From contig CAWCNY010000003.1 of assembly GCA_963797095.1 (NCBI GenBank), forward strand, positions 1,083,722-1,147,721: DNA of 64,000 nucleotides, read 5' to 3'. Numbering within the stretch: position 1 is the stretch's first letter; the number at the start of each line of letters is the position of its first letter. Shown here one piece after another: positions 11,060 through 19,341 of this stretch. Both the position numbers and the translations under genes were made by a program. The notes below the pieces were generated by a model. That model was given only the letters and a program-made list of their open reading frames with translations, was not told where the DNA came from and made no database searches. The DNA is from an uncultured Chloroflexia bacterium. Its GTDB lineage: Bacteria; Chloroflexota; Chloroflexia; QHBQ01; JADMIH01.

Positions 11060-11443
11060 TCATCCGGGAAACTCGCCAGGTAAGGGTGCATATTGCTTCA
11101 CCAGGCACACTAACGCTTCGATGGGGAAGGGCTTGGCAAGAAACGCTTTCGCACCCACTTTGAGCAGCTGCTTCGGACCGGGTTGTGAGGCGGCGGACAT
11201 CATGATAATGGGCACATCTTGAGTAGAGGATTGAAGCCATTCAGCTACATCCCACCCCGTGGCGTCCGGCAAATTGATGTCTAGTATCACGAGTTCGGGC
11301 TTGATTGCGAGCTGGTCCACTGCCTCACGGAAGCTTGCAGCCTGAAGCACAAAGTAGCCGATTGCCTGTAGGTAACGGGTAAGCACCTTCCGTAAGGGCC
11401 CGTCGTCTTCTACTATCAGGATGAACGGTTTTTGCTGAGGCAC
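11060..11443 (-). CDS. Single-domain response regulator (paralogue of 5017..5439)
   Basis: ILIVEDD, LDINLPDATGW, FLAKPFPIEAL. Confidence 0.88.
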   Translation of the reverse strand: MPQQKPFILIVEDDGPLRKVLTRYLQAIGYFVLQAASFREAVDQLAIKPELVILDINLPDATGWDVAEWLQSSTQDVPIIMMSAASQPGPKQLLKVGAKAFLAKPFPIEALVCLVKQYAPLPGEFPG

Positions 11444-11561
11444 ACCTAATGCCGCCTGCTTCGGTTACTTTGTATTTTGTGTTGGCTGTCTCTTCTGTTC
11501 ACCACCTGATGCGTATGCGAACCGAAGGGTACGCGCACGCCAGCACTCGCGTGCCCTTCTG

Positions 11562-11626
11562 AGAATACAAACTTACCCGTAAAGGATCCATAAAAATCCG
11601 GGGCAAAAAGATAAAGAAAGTATAAA
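11562..11626 (-). promoter_or_regulatory. Putative KdpE-activated promoter: two boxes plus -10 TATTCT
   Basis: Half-sites at 11578/11589 and 11610/11621 (32-bp period); sense-strand TTTATACTTTCTTTATC resembles the E. coli KdpE site; same box-to--10 spacing as at 5501. Confidence 0.72.
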
Positions 11627-11760
11627 GATGGTGGTCGCTACACTAGAGCGGGCTTACGGTGGTTCGGTTGTGGCTCGTCCTAAGGGGTGCATTTGGGGTA
11701 CGTTTCCCGACACGTGCCGCGTATCAGCACGACAAGCTCATAAGTAGAAACGCTAACAAA

Positions 11761-11786
11761 GAAGGGCACCCCTGCGGGTGCCCTTA
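11761..11786. terminator. GC-rich hairpin, probable terminator
   Basis: AAGGGCACCC-CTGC-GGGTGCCCTT. Confidence 0.55.
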
Positions 11787-11915
11787 CCTACGCCTACGCG
11801 GATATTGCGACGGAGCCTTAGCTTTCTGCCTCTGCTTGCACGGTTACTAAACAGTCTCGTACCAGTCTCTGGCTTGATGTTTATGTTGACCACTATATTT
11901 TAATGCCTGCAAACA

Positions 11916-12185
11916 TTAAGCTGCTTTCCGTTTGTATACCCGCATCGCAAACAGATATGCGACGATCAGTATCCCTAAGCACCACGCGAGCGCAACCCAA
12001 ATATCATTGCCGATAGGCTGCCCCACGAGGAGGGAGCGTATCGCTTCGACGATGGATGTAACCGGCTGATATTCGGCAAAAGCACGGACCACTGCTGGCA
12101 TCGAATTGGTGGGCACGAACGCCGAACTGATAAATGGAAGGAAGATAAGCGGGTAGGAAAAGAGAATCGGGTAGCCGCGGGCCAT
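11916..12185 (-). pseudogene. C-terminal fragment of an ABC-2 type permease
   Basis: LPFISSAFVPTNSMP..VRAFAEYQPVTSIVEAIRSLL; N-terminal part and ATPase partner absent. Confidence 0.75.
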
Positions 12186-12298
12186 TACTGACCCGCAGCC
12201 CCCTCAGATTTTCTTCTACCGAATAGCTCCTTCCGTTGCTTCGGGCACGCACCGACCAACCCTAGACGCGAATGACTGCGTCTCAAGGCCGCTCTGTT

Positions 12299-14821
12299 CT
12301 ACTGAGCTTTGTCAATTACAAGCAGGGTGATAGAGTAAGGCGGGAGTGATACATTCACGCTCGCACCATCCAGGGACACGTCCGGCAGGGCCTCAATGCT
12401 GAGGCTGCTCTCGAGGTCTGTGTTGTCGCTCATCTGGTAGACTTTAGCAGGCCCTCGAAAGTTGCCGCCTTGCATCGCTATTTGCGTATTCATCTGATCC
12501 CCCCCGGTCTTATTCAGCACCATAATCTTGACCTGGTTGCTCTTGGTGTCCTCGCTGGCATAAACCGACAACTTGTCCGGGTCGGTGGCTGATGTTGCAG
12601 CCACCGACACGTCCCCGAAGGTGCCATCGTGCCCATCGAAGTTACGGTACATCTTGAAAGCTTCCTCTCCAGGCATACCCAGCTTCAGAGGTGCGTTGTA
12701 GATGTCGTCCCAGTAGCAGGCAAGGTCTACCCCTTCTCGACCATAGATCCCCAACACGTCAGCGATAGCCAGCGCGCCGTTCATCGTGGCTTCGGCATAC
12801 CACCTCCATTCGGTGATGCCCAGTTTGGTGCCGGGATAATACTGGTCGATCCAGCCCTTCATGCGGGGAATTAGCTCCACGTTCGTCGGGTCATTGTAGC
12901 TGTCGCCGTCTGCTATCCACGACTCGTCTTTATAGGAGGGGTCCCAGAGGCCGCGAGTAGAGCGCAGCCGCAGTGCAGCGTCCGTCGAGTTGGTCATACC
13001 GCTCTGCACGCCGGGGGCCTGAGGGTAGTGGTGGATGTCGAGCACGTCCAGGGTGCGCTCGCCTGTCTTCTGATCGCTCTTGTTCACCTGGTCGAGGAAC
13101 CATGGGATGAAAGGCATGCCTCCGTGTGCCTTGCGGTCAGCTGCCGTCTGGTAGTTGTCATTGCCCGCGTCGAGAGCCGAGTACCAGTAGTTGGTCCATC
13201 CCCAGGACACAGGTCCGGTCACTCTTGCTGTGTTGTCAACCGCCTTCACCGCGCCCGAATATTCCAGAAAGAGATCGAGCAGGTCGTCGTAACCCAGCCT
13301 GGAAGGGTGAATATCTCTGTGCGTGTCGGCCCACAGGTCCGGTTCGTTGTCCATCGCATAGAAGTCTACACCTCCGTTCGCTGATTTACCGAAGGTGTTG
13401 GTCAAATGCGATACCCATTCGTCCTGGTAGACCGAGGGCGCGTTGGGATCGGGCGGGTCCTGAAACGGCGCGTTCTTGCGCGCCACCGATCTGACGCTTG
13501 TAGCCCGCCGGTTTTGCTCTGGATCGTAGCCCTGAATGGCACCCTTTGCATCGTATTGAGGGTCATCGGGGACGTTTGTTGACTTCGTGTCATTGTTGTT
13601 GTCCCTGGCGACATAGCCCAACATCGGTATGGTAAGCAAAGTGGCTATGTCTGCATTCTTGTCATGCGCCATTGCGATGTCCGCCACCCCGGAAGGCTTC
13701 TCGGCGGCAGGGTCCTGGCTGAGTGATACGTTCTCGTACACATCGTCGGCCCCGGCATTGGAGGCGTCACCAAGCGTCCAGTTGTAGCGCGACGAAAGGT
13801 CCCCGCCCAGGCGATTGAGCGTCAGGTTGGCGTCGCTCATGACGTCGTAGGGCGCGTTCGACATTCCGTAGATGAGCGGGCTGATCGGATGCCGTTTGCT
13901 GCTGATATCAACGCTCACCTGGGCCTGCGTTAGTGTAGGAGTGCCGGGCGGCGGCTCTTCGTTGACGAACCTGATATCGTCTATATAAAAAGGGGGTTGA
14001 GGTTTGTCGGTAGGAGCGAAAAACCTCACAAGGTTGACGTGAACGGCTGCATAATCCGCCATCAAGTCCGATACAGGTATAACCACCTCTTGCCAGGTGT
14101 TGGCTGGGATGCTTCCGCCTGGAAGATATTTTTCGATTGGCAGGGCAGGCGTATCCGCACCGTTCCCCAGGCTGACACCAAAGATCTGGCCCCCTGTTGG
14201 CCCGCCGTTCACCCAGAAGCGCATGTGAGTGTATTTGGTCAGCTCAACAGCATTGCTGCCCTCATAGTCTGATGCTCCAAAGGCGCAGTTGCCGCAGTTG
14301 TAAGTGACTTTGGCGACAGGGTGGCCGTCCCGCTCGACCTCTGTGTTATGCAGATCGAGGACCGCTCCGCCGTATGATGCGTCGGTCCATTTGTCGGCAA
14401 CAGCGCCTGCACTCAATAGCACGAACGGCGTGGGAAGAGCTGCTTGCTGAGCGTCCGCCTCCGTTGGCGCCTGGCTTTCAATTTGCTCGGCTGAAGGGGT
14501 AGCCGTAACAAGAGATGTTCCGTCGGAGGATTGGGTGGGCTCCGCAGCAGTAGCCAGGGGAGCTTGTACCGAAGTAGAAGCCCTCACTTCAGGAGGGGTC
14601 GCGGTGGCATTTTGCCCAACGGGTGTGCCTATCGAACCTGTCAAGTCGCATCCGCCCAGCAAACTCCCAACCATAAGAAGGAAGCCGGCGGCAAGCAGCC
14701 TGGGCGACACTCGTCTGTACGCTTGATAAGCTGTGCTCTGAATCGCTGTCGCTGACTTTTGCATCTTCTCTCCTCCCATTTTGGCCACTCTCCACATATC
14801 GGGCGGCCTGAATTGGTGCAT
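12299..14821 (-). CDS. Glycoside hydrolase family 44 lipoprotein with a Thr/Ala linker and carbohydrate-binding-like module
   Basis: Lipobox LLGGC; ISPLIYG, RLGGDLSSRYNW, MDNEP (acid/base), RSTRGLWDPSYKDESWI, ITEW (nucleophile); true start probably later than 14821. Confidence 0.85.
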   Translation of the reverse strand: MHQFRPPDMWRVAKMGGEKMQKSATAIQSTAYQAYRRVSPRLLAAGFLLMVGSLLGGCDLTGSIGTPVGQNATATPPEVRASTSVQAPLATAAEPTQSSDGTSLVTATPSAEQIESQAPTEADAQQAALPTPFVLLSAGAVADKWTDASYGGAVLDLHNTEVERDGHPVAKVTYNCGNCAFGASDYEGSNAVELTKYTHMRFWVNGGPTGGQIFGVSLGNGADTPALPIEKYLPGGSIPANTWQEVVIPVSDLMADYAAVHVNLVRFFAPTDKPQPPFYIDDIRFVNEEPPPGTPTLTQAQVSVDISSKRHPISPLIYGMSNAPYDVMSDANLTLNRLGGDLSSRYNWTLGDASNAGADDVYENVSLSQDPAAEKPSGVADIAMAHDKNADIATLLTIPMLGYVARDNNNDTKSTNVPDDPQYDAKGAIQGYDPEQNRRATSVRSVARKNAPFQDPPDPNAPSVYQDEWVSHLTNTFGKSANGGVDFYAMDNEPDLWADTHRDIHPSRLGYDDLLDLFLEYSGAVKAVDNTARVTGPVSWGWTNYWYSALDAGNDNYQTAADRKAHGGMPFIPWFLDQVNKSDQKTGERTLDVLDIHHYPQAPGVQSGMTNSTDAALRLRSTRGLWDPSYKDESWIADGDSYNDPTNVELIPRMKGWIDQYYPGTKLGITEWRWYAEATMNGALAIADVLGIYGREGVDLACYWDDIYNAPLKLGMPGEEAFKMYRNFDGHDGTFGDVSVAATSATDPDKLSVYASEDTKSNQVKIMVLNKTGGDQMNTQIAMQGGNFRGPAKVYQMSDNTDLESSLSIEALPDVSLDGASVNVSLPPYSITLLVIDKAQ

Positions 14822-14957
14822 GCGCCCATGGCACCGGAACTGCGTAGTTACTCTCCAAACTGATCCGCAAACCAGCGAGACTCCTCGGTCATCGGAACCT
14901 TGGCCTTACCCGGCGCGTGGGCAAAGACCGTCATCACCAGCGAGCTGTCCGCGGAGG

Positions 14958-15236
14958 CTATTTTGCTCGGGTCCTGGTCCGGGAGCAAGGGGTGGCGTTG
15001 GCGCGCGTACCGCCCTCCTTCAAAGCCCCCTCACTCTCCCGGAAGCTGACGGACCCTACCTGCCCATCCTCTCCTTCAAGCCAATATCCCTCGATATGGC
15101 CTTCCTGCTGCCGGAGGGCTGCCATGAAGCGATCCCGAAGGTCGCGGAGCATCTCAGTGTGCACATCAGGTGGCAGCGGGTTGAAAATGCCAATTCTTGA
15201 AATCATTGGGAGTTCTCCTTCTGACTTGTTGATCAT
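14958..15236 (-). CDS. Small hypothetical protein, possibly an ABM-like barrel; may be degraded
   Basis: RQQEGHIEGYWL...SVSFRESE pattern; C-terminus looks frameshifted. Confidence 0.4.
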   Translation of the reverse strand: MINKSEGELPMISRIGIFNPLPPDVHTEMLRDLRDRFMAALRQQEGHIEGYWLEGEDGQVGSVSFRESEGALKEGGTRANATPCSRTRTRAK

Positions 15237-15583
15237 CGTGACGCAATTAGTGGATCTAGCTCCCCTGAACCATATGGAGAGTCAAGGTGCCTCAAGCTTT
15301 GCTGTTTCGTGCCGTCGAGGCCATACCTCAGGAGATCGTACAGTCCCCAGGTAACCACTTTCGACGGTCCAGCTATCCCTGGCTCGGCGTGCGCAGGGCG
15401 CAGCTTGTTCTCTATATATTGCTGGAGCTTTTCTGGAGACTCCCATACGGCCACGATCCGCCACCCATCCGGTCCGGGGTCGGCGATATGTGCCTGGCAG
15501 CCATCGGGTAAACGATAACGGTCACCTTGCTTCTCCCCCGCCTGGTCATGTAGCTCGGCGGTCATGCCAGGCATATCGACCAT
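15233..15583 (-). CDS. Small hypothetical protein, dimeric alpha-beta barrel-like
   Basis: PGMTAE..., GWRIVAVWESPE pattern. Confidence 0.45.
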   Translation of the reverse strand: MVDMPGMTAELHDQAGEKQGDRYRLPDGCQAHIADPGPDGWRIVAVWESPEKLQQYIENKLRPAHAEPGIAGPSKVVTWGLYDLLRYGLDGTKQQSLRHLDSPYGSGELDPLIASR

Positions 15584-15754
15584 TGCGACCAGCGCCTTCT
15601 GTGTTCTTTTGTCGGTTCTGTTCTGCCATTGACTTGTTTCTCCTTTCGAAAACGCAAACTCTTATCCGCTACGCTTTGCAGTCTTCGTGCGACGCAAGGA
15701 CTTTGCGGGAGCACATCGCTCATGCATGATAGCGCCTGCGTAGGGCAGGCGGCC

Positions 15755-15815
15755 AGAGTTTGGTTTCCCGGCGGTTTCGGGAATAATGCCCTCAATAACC
15801 GGGAAACCAAACTCT
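15755..15815. repeat. Perfect 17-bp inverted repeat with 27-bp spacer
   Basis: AGAGTTTGGTTTCCCGG (15755-15771) and CCGGGAAACCAAACTCT (15799-15815). Confidence 0.85.
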
Positions 15816-15909
15816 AGGATGGCAGCTTTCGGTGCGCTATTCTGTCGAGAGGACGGCAGTTGCGGTTATTGCCTCACAATTCATAGATGGATACAGAAAG
15901 GAGCAGACA

Positions 15910-16506
15910 ATGAATCTTCGCCGTTTTGGTGGTTATGCGCTGTGTGTCAGCGCCCTCATTAGCCTCTCACTATCTTTGTGGTATAACTTGGGTGGTGACA
16001 ATAGCACTCTTGTCACAGTAGCGGCTCTTCTGGGGGGGACATTGTTCATCGTGGGGCTGCCCGCCATACAAAGTATGCAGCCACAGACCGGTCGCCTGGG
16101 TCAGGTAGGTCTTGCTCTTATGGCGCTCGGATCCCTTACGGCCATGGGTGTTTACCTCTACTCCACCATATCCGGCTCAGATACGGGAGAAGCAGCGCCT
16201 TTCGCGAGCGCTCTATTGGCGTTAGCGGGCGACCTGCTCGTTGGCTGGCTCACCATCGGAGGACGAGAGTTCGCGGCCCAGAATGCACCCCGCTCACCGG
16301 AGCGCGTCTTCCCGGCGTGGGTAGGATGGCTGCTGATAGCAGGCGGCGTGTTGAACTTCGCGGGCGGGCTGATGCCTGCGGGTGACCTTGCAACGGCGGT
16401 CGGAGTTATCAGCGCGATTGCAATGCCTGCGGCCCTGATCGGATTTGGCTTGCTGATCGTGCGGTCACAGGAAGCTGCGGTCGTAGATGGACGATCCAGA
16501 GTGTAA
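15910..16506 (+). CDS. Multi-pass membrane protein of unknown function
   Basis: AAGGAG RBS before ATG 15910; about six hydrophobic helices. Confidence 0.75.
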   Translation: MNLRRFGGYALCVSALISLSLSLWYNLGGDNSTLVTVAALLGGTLFIVGLPAIQSMQPQTGRLGQVGLALMALGSLTAMGVYLYSTISGSDTGEAAPFASALLALAGDLLVGWLTIGGREFAAQNAPRSPERVFPAWVGWLLIAGGVLNFAGGLMPAGDLATAVGVISAIAMPAALIGFGLLIVRSQEAAVVDGRSRV

Positions 16507-16532
16507 AGATCAGAGTGTAAAGAGATGTGATC

Positions 16533-17999
16533 GTAAGTGTTCAGACTTGAGGTGGAGCAATTTCCACTATATGCTATGGGCATGACTGTTGAAGAAGAAG
16601 TTGCCCAGCTGAGGGAAGAGAATAGGCAGCTACGTGAACAGCTTGAGCAAGCATTGGCTGTGATTGCTCAACTACGTGCAGAACTGGACAAGTACAGAGA
16701 GAACAAGAGCAAACCACCTTCCTTCGTCAAGCCCAACAGTGCCAAACCCAAAGACAAAGCCCAAAAGCAGCCCCGCCGCAAACGAGCCAAAGACCAAAAC
16801 GGTGCTCGTCGTCGGGAGCAAAACCCCACCCAAACGATACAGCATACAGTGCAGCAGTGTCCCACCTGCGCCTACCCTCTGCAACACCCCCAAATCGCCC
16901 AGCGCCGTCAGGTGATAGAACTGCCTCCTCCCCTTCCTGTAGAAGTTACCGAGCACCAGTTGTACAAGAGTTGGTGCCCTCGTTGTGAGAAGTGGCATCA
17001 GGGGCACGTTGACCTGAGCACACAGGTAATCGGACAAAGCAGAATGGGAGTACGCATTGCCTCCCTCATAGCTTACCTACGTACCACATTGAGAATGCCG
17101 GTCCGCCTCATCAGGGAGTACCTGTTGAGCCTGCACAATCTGACCATCTCCACTGGAGAGATAGTGGAGTTGCTGCATCGAGTGGCAGGGGCTGAAAAGG
17201 TGCAAGCGGCTACCCAGTCAATCAAGGAACGGGTGAGAAAGAGTGCTATCGTGCATGGCGATGAAACAGGGTGGCGAGAAGGGGGACACAACGGCTACAT
17301 CTGGTGCTTTTGTACACCCGATGGTGAGCGATACTACGAGTATGACCACTCACGAGCAGGGGCTGTAGTCAAACGGATACTCGGCTCAGAGTTCAAAGGC
17401 ACCCTTGTGACCGACTTCTATGTAGCGTACAACGACTTGCCATGTGAGCACCAACGCTGCTGGGTGCATCTGCTGAGAGACTTACATAAGCTGAAAGAAG
17501 AGCACAAAGAGGGTCCGGATAACGAGGCAGTGCTGGGTTGGGCTGCTCAGTTACGCAAGCTGTACGACCAGGCTCAAAACGCCTTGAAAGGTAAGGGTCG
17601 TTGGGGACGATGGCCTCCCACCCAGCAACAACGAGAAGTGCTCTACATAGAACTGGTTGAAGGTGTGGCACAACTGGCAGGGCGGTACTCAAATGCCAAA
17701 GAACATGGTGCTCACCCATGCCACACATTGTCCAAACGATTGATGCTGCACCAGGACAGCCTGTTTCAGTTCGTGCTACAAGAGGGCTTGTCGGCTGACA
17801 ACAACCTGGCCGAGCGCTCGGTACGTCCTGTGGTGGTGATGCGTAAGGTATCAGGCGGCTCTCAATCCGAGCGCGGCTCACGCACTCGCATGACGTTGGC
17901 CTCCTTGTTTGGCACCTGGCGTGCTAAGGGTCTCAATCCCTTCTCAGAATGTATGCTCCTCTTGGTTCAACCCTCTACACCATTAGTCTGAACACTTAC
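16533..17999 (+). mobile_element. Intact single-ORF IS66-family element (ISBst12-like)
   Basis: 15-bp TIRs GTAAGTGTTCAGACT / AGTCTGAACACTTAC; 8-bp TSD ATGTGATC at 16525-16532 and 18000-18007. Confidence 0.95.
16537..17991 (+). CDS. IS66-family transposase
   Basis: Coiled coil, CxxC...CxxC zinc finger, HGDETGW, QRCWVHLLR, DNNLAERSVR; true start probably slightly downstream. Confidence 0.95.
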   Translation: MFRLEVEQFPLYAMGMTVEEEVAQLREENRQLREQLEQALAVIAQLRAELDKYRENKSKPPSFVKPNSAKPKDKAQKQPRRKRAKDQNGARRREQNPTQTIQHTVQQCPTCAYPLQHPQIAQRRQVIELPPPLPVEVTEHQLYKSWCPRCEKWHQGHVDLSTQVIGQSRMGVRIASLIAYLRTTLRMPVRLIREYLLSLHNLTISTGEIVELLHRVAGAEKVQAATQSIKERVRKSAIVHGDETGWREGGHNGYIWCFCTPDGERYYEYDHSRAGAVVKRILGSEFKGTLVTDFYVAYNDLPCEHQRCWVHLLRDLHKLKEEHKEGPDNEAVLGWAAQLRKLYDQAQNALKGKGRWGRWPPTQQQREVLYIELVEGVAQLAGRYSNAKEHGAHPCHTLSKRLMLHQDSLFQFVLQEGLSADNNLAERSVRPVVVMRKVSGGSQSERGSRTRMTLASLFGTWRAKGLNPFSECMLLLVQPSTPLV

Positions 18000-18011
18000 A
18001 TGTGATCGCCT

Positions 18012-19280
18012 ATGTTCGTGCGTTCCATGCTGGTTCTAGTTCTGCTGCTCGGGTTTCTATCGGCCTCCCTCCTTACGGGATGCAACGACTCCTCGGCACT
18101 GCCTCCCGACCCAACGCAGTCGCCCGCCGATTTCCTCAACAACGCCCTCGACTGGATTCAGGCTCACGCGGCAACAGAGCGCAATTTGGACTGGCAACGG
18201 GTACGCAAGGAGGCGCTAGCCATGTCCCCCGATCCCACGTCCCCAGCCGATACCTATCCGGCAATCAGGTTCGCTTTGCATCAGCTCGGCAACTACGCCT
18301 TCCTCTTCCCTCCCTTCGACTCGAGTGACTCGCGTGACCCTGAACTGCATATGCTCTACCCAGATGGTCTGGTCTTCCGGCTGGCACCGGGTGGCGCGGC
18401 GGCACAGGCAGGCGTGCAGGTGGGCGACGTGGTCGAGCAGATTAACGGCGCACCTCTCCAACCATACGAAGGATTTGCACCGGCAGATCTCAGCAGTTGG
18501 ATCGCCGAAACAGTCAAAGCTTCCACTTATACCCTCACATTGCACAAAGGAGGGAGCGCCCCGCCCGTCCAGATCACCTATCCCGCAGGCAGCGCATTCA
18601 CTCCCGACAAGCCTGTTGTACGGCGGCTGGACGCGGCCGATGTCGGGTACGTAGAGTTGCCTCCGGGGGCAGGCAGCAGCTACGCTCCGGCTATACAGGA
18701 GGGTATGCGCGAGGTCGATAGCCCACCGGTGTGCGGGTGGATTGTCGACCTGCGACGCGCTCCAACAGGTGTTCTGTGGACGATGCTGGCAGCCATAGGG
18801 CCTCTGCTCGGCGATGGGCAGCTTGGCGGCTTCCTCTTCCCTGACGGCACCCGTGAAAGCTGGTCGTACCAGGGCGGTAAAGTACTCTTAAATGGAGAGG
18901 AGGAGCCGGAAGGCGAGGTCGATGGCGATATCTACCAGCCGGGGCGAGCCATGCCACCCCTGGCGCTCCTCGTCAGCAAAGTGACCCAGGCGGCTCCGGA
19001 AGCACTGGTGGCTGCCTTCGAAGGCAGACCCAACACGCGTATCTTCGGCGAAGCCACCTCCGGCGCTCCCGTATTGGTGTATGCCACAGAGTTGAGCGAT
19101 GGCGCTCAGATCTACGTGAGCAGAGCCTACGCTCTGGACCGCAACGGCACTGTCTACAGCGGACCTATACAGCCAGACCAGGTTGTAGCCACGGATTGGC
19201 CGCGCTTCGGCACCCCCAACGACCCGGTAATAGGCGCAGCCTCCGAGTGGCTGCAAACGCAGCCGGGGTGCAGCCGGTGA
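18012..19280 (+). CDS. S41-family peptidase-like lipoprotein with PDZ domain; catalytic motifs degenerate
   Basis: Lipobox LLTGC; PDZ (AAQAGVQVGDVVEQING); GWIVDLR; FGEATSG; PIQPD. Confidence 0.82.
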   Translation: MFVRSMLVLVLLLGFLSASLLTGCNDSSALPPDPTQSPADFLNNALDWIQAHAATERNLDWQRVRKEALAMSPDPTSPADTYPAIRFALHQLGNYAFLFPPFDSSDSRDPELHMLYPDGLVFRLAPGGAAAQAGVQVGDVVEQINGAPLQPYEGFAPADLSSWIAETVKASTYTLTLHKGGSAPPVQITYPAGSAFTPDKPVVRRLDAADVGYVELPPGAGSSYAPAIQEGMREVDSPPVCGWIVDLRRAPTGVLWTMLAAIGPLLGDGQLGGFLFPDGTRESWSYQGGKVLLNGEEEPEGEVDGDIYQPGRAMPPLALLVSKVTQAAPEALVAAFEGRPNTRIFGEATSGAPVLVYATELSDGAQIYVSRAYALDRNGTVYSGPIQPDQVVATDWPRFGTPNDPVIGAASEWLQTQPGCSR

Positions 19281-19341
19281 TGCGGCAAGATTGGAGGTCG
19301 GATTTGCCGACGAGCGCGCAGCCGCGTGAGGGGAGCGAGGC

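Noticed and set aside
11444-11760. c-di-AMP (ydaO) riboswitch upstream of the KimA-like gene
   Set aside because: Conserved ydaO motifs not found; only a simple hairpin at about 11524-11559 and KdpE-type boxes
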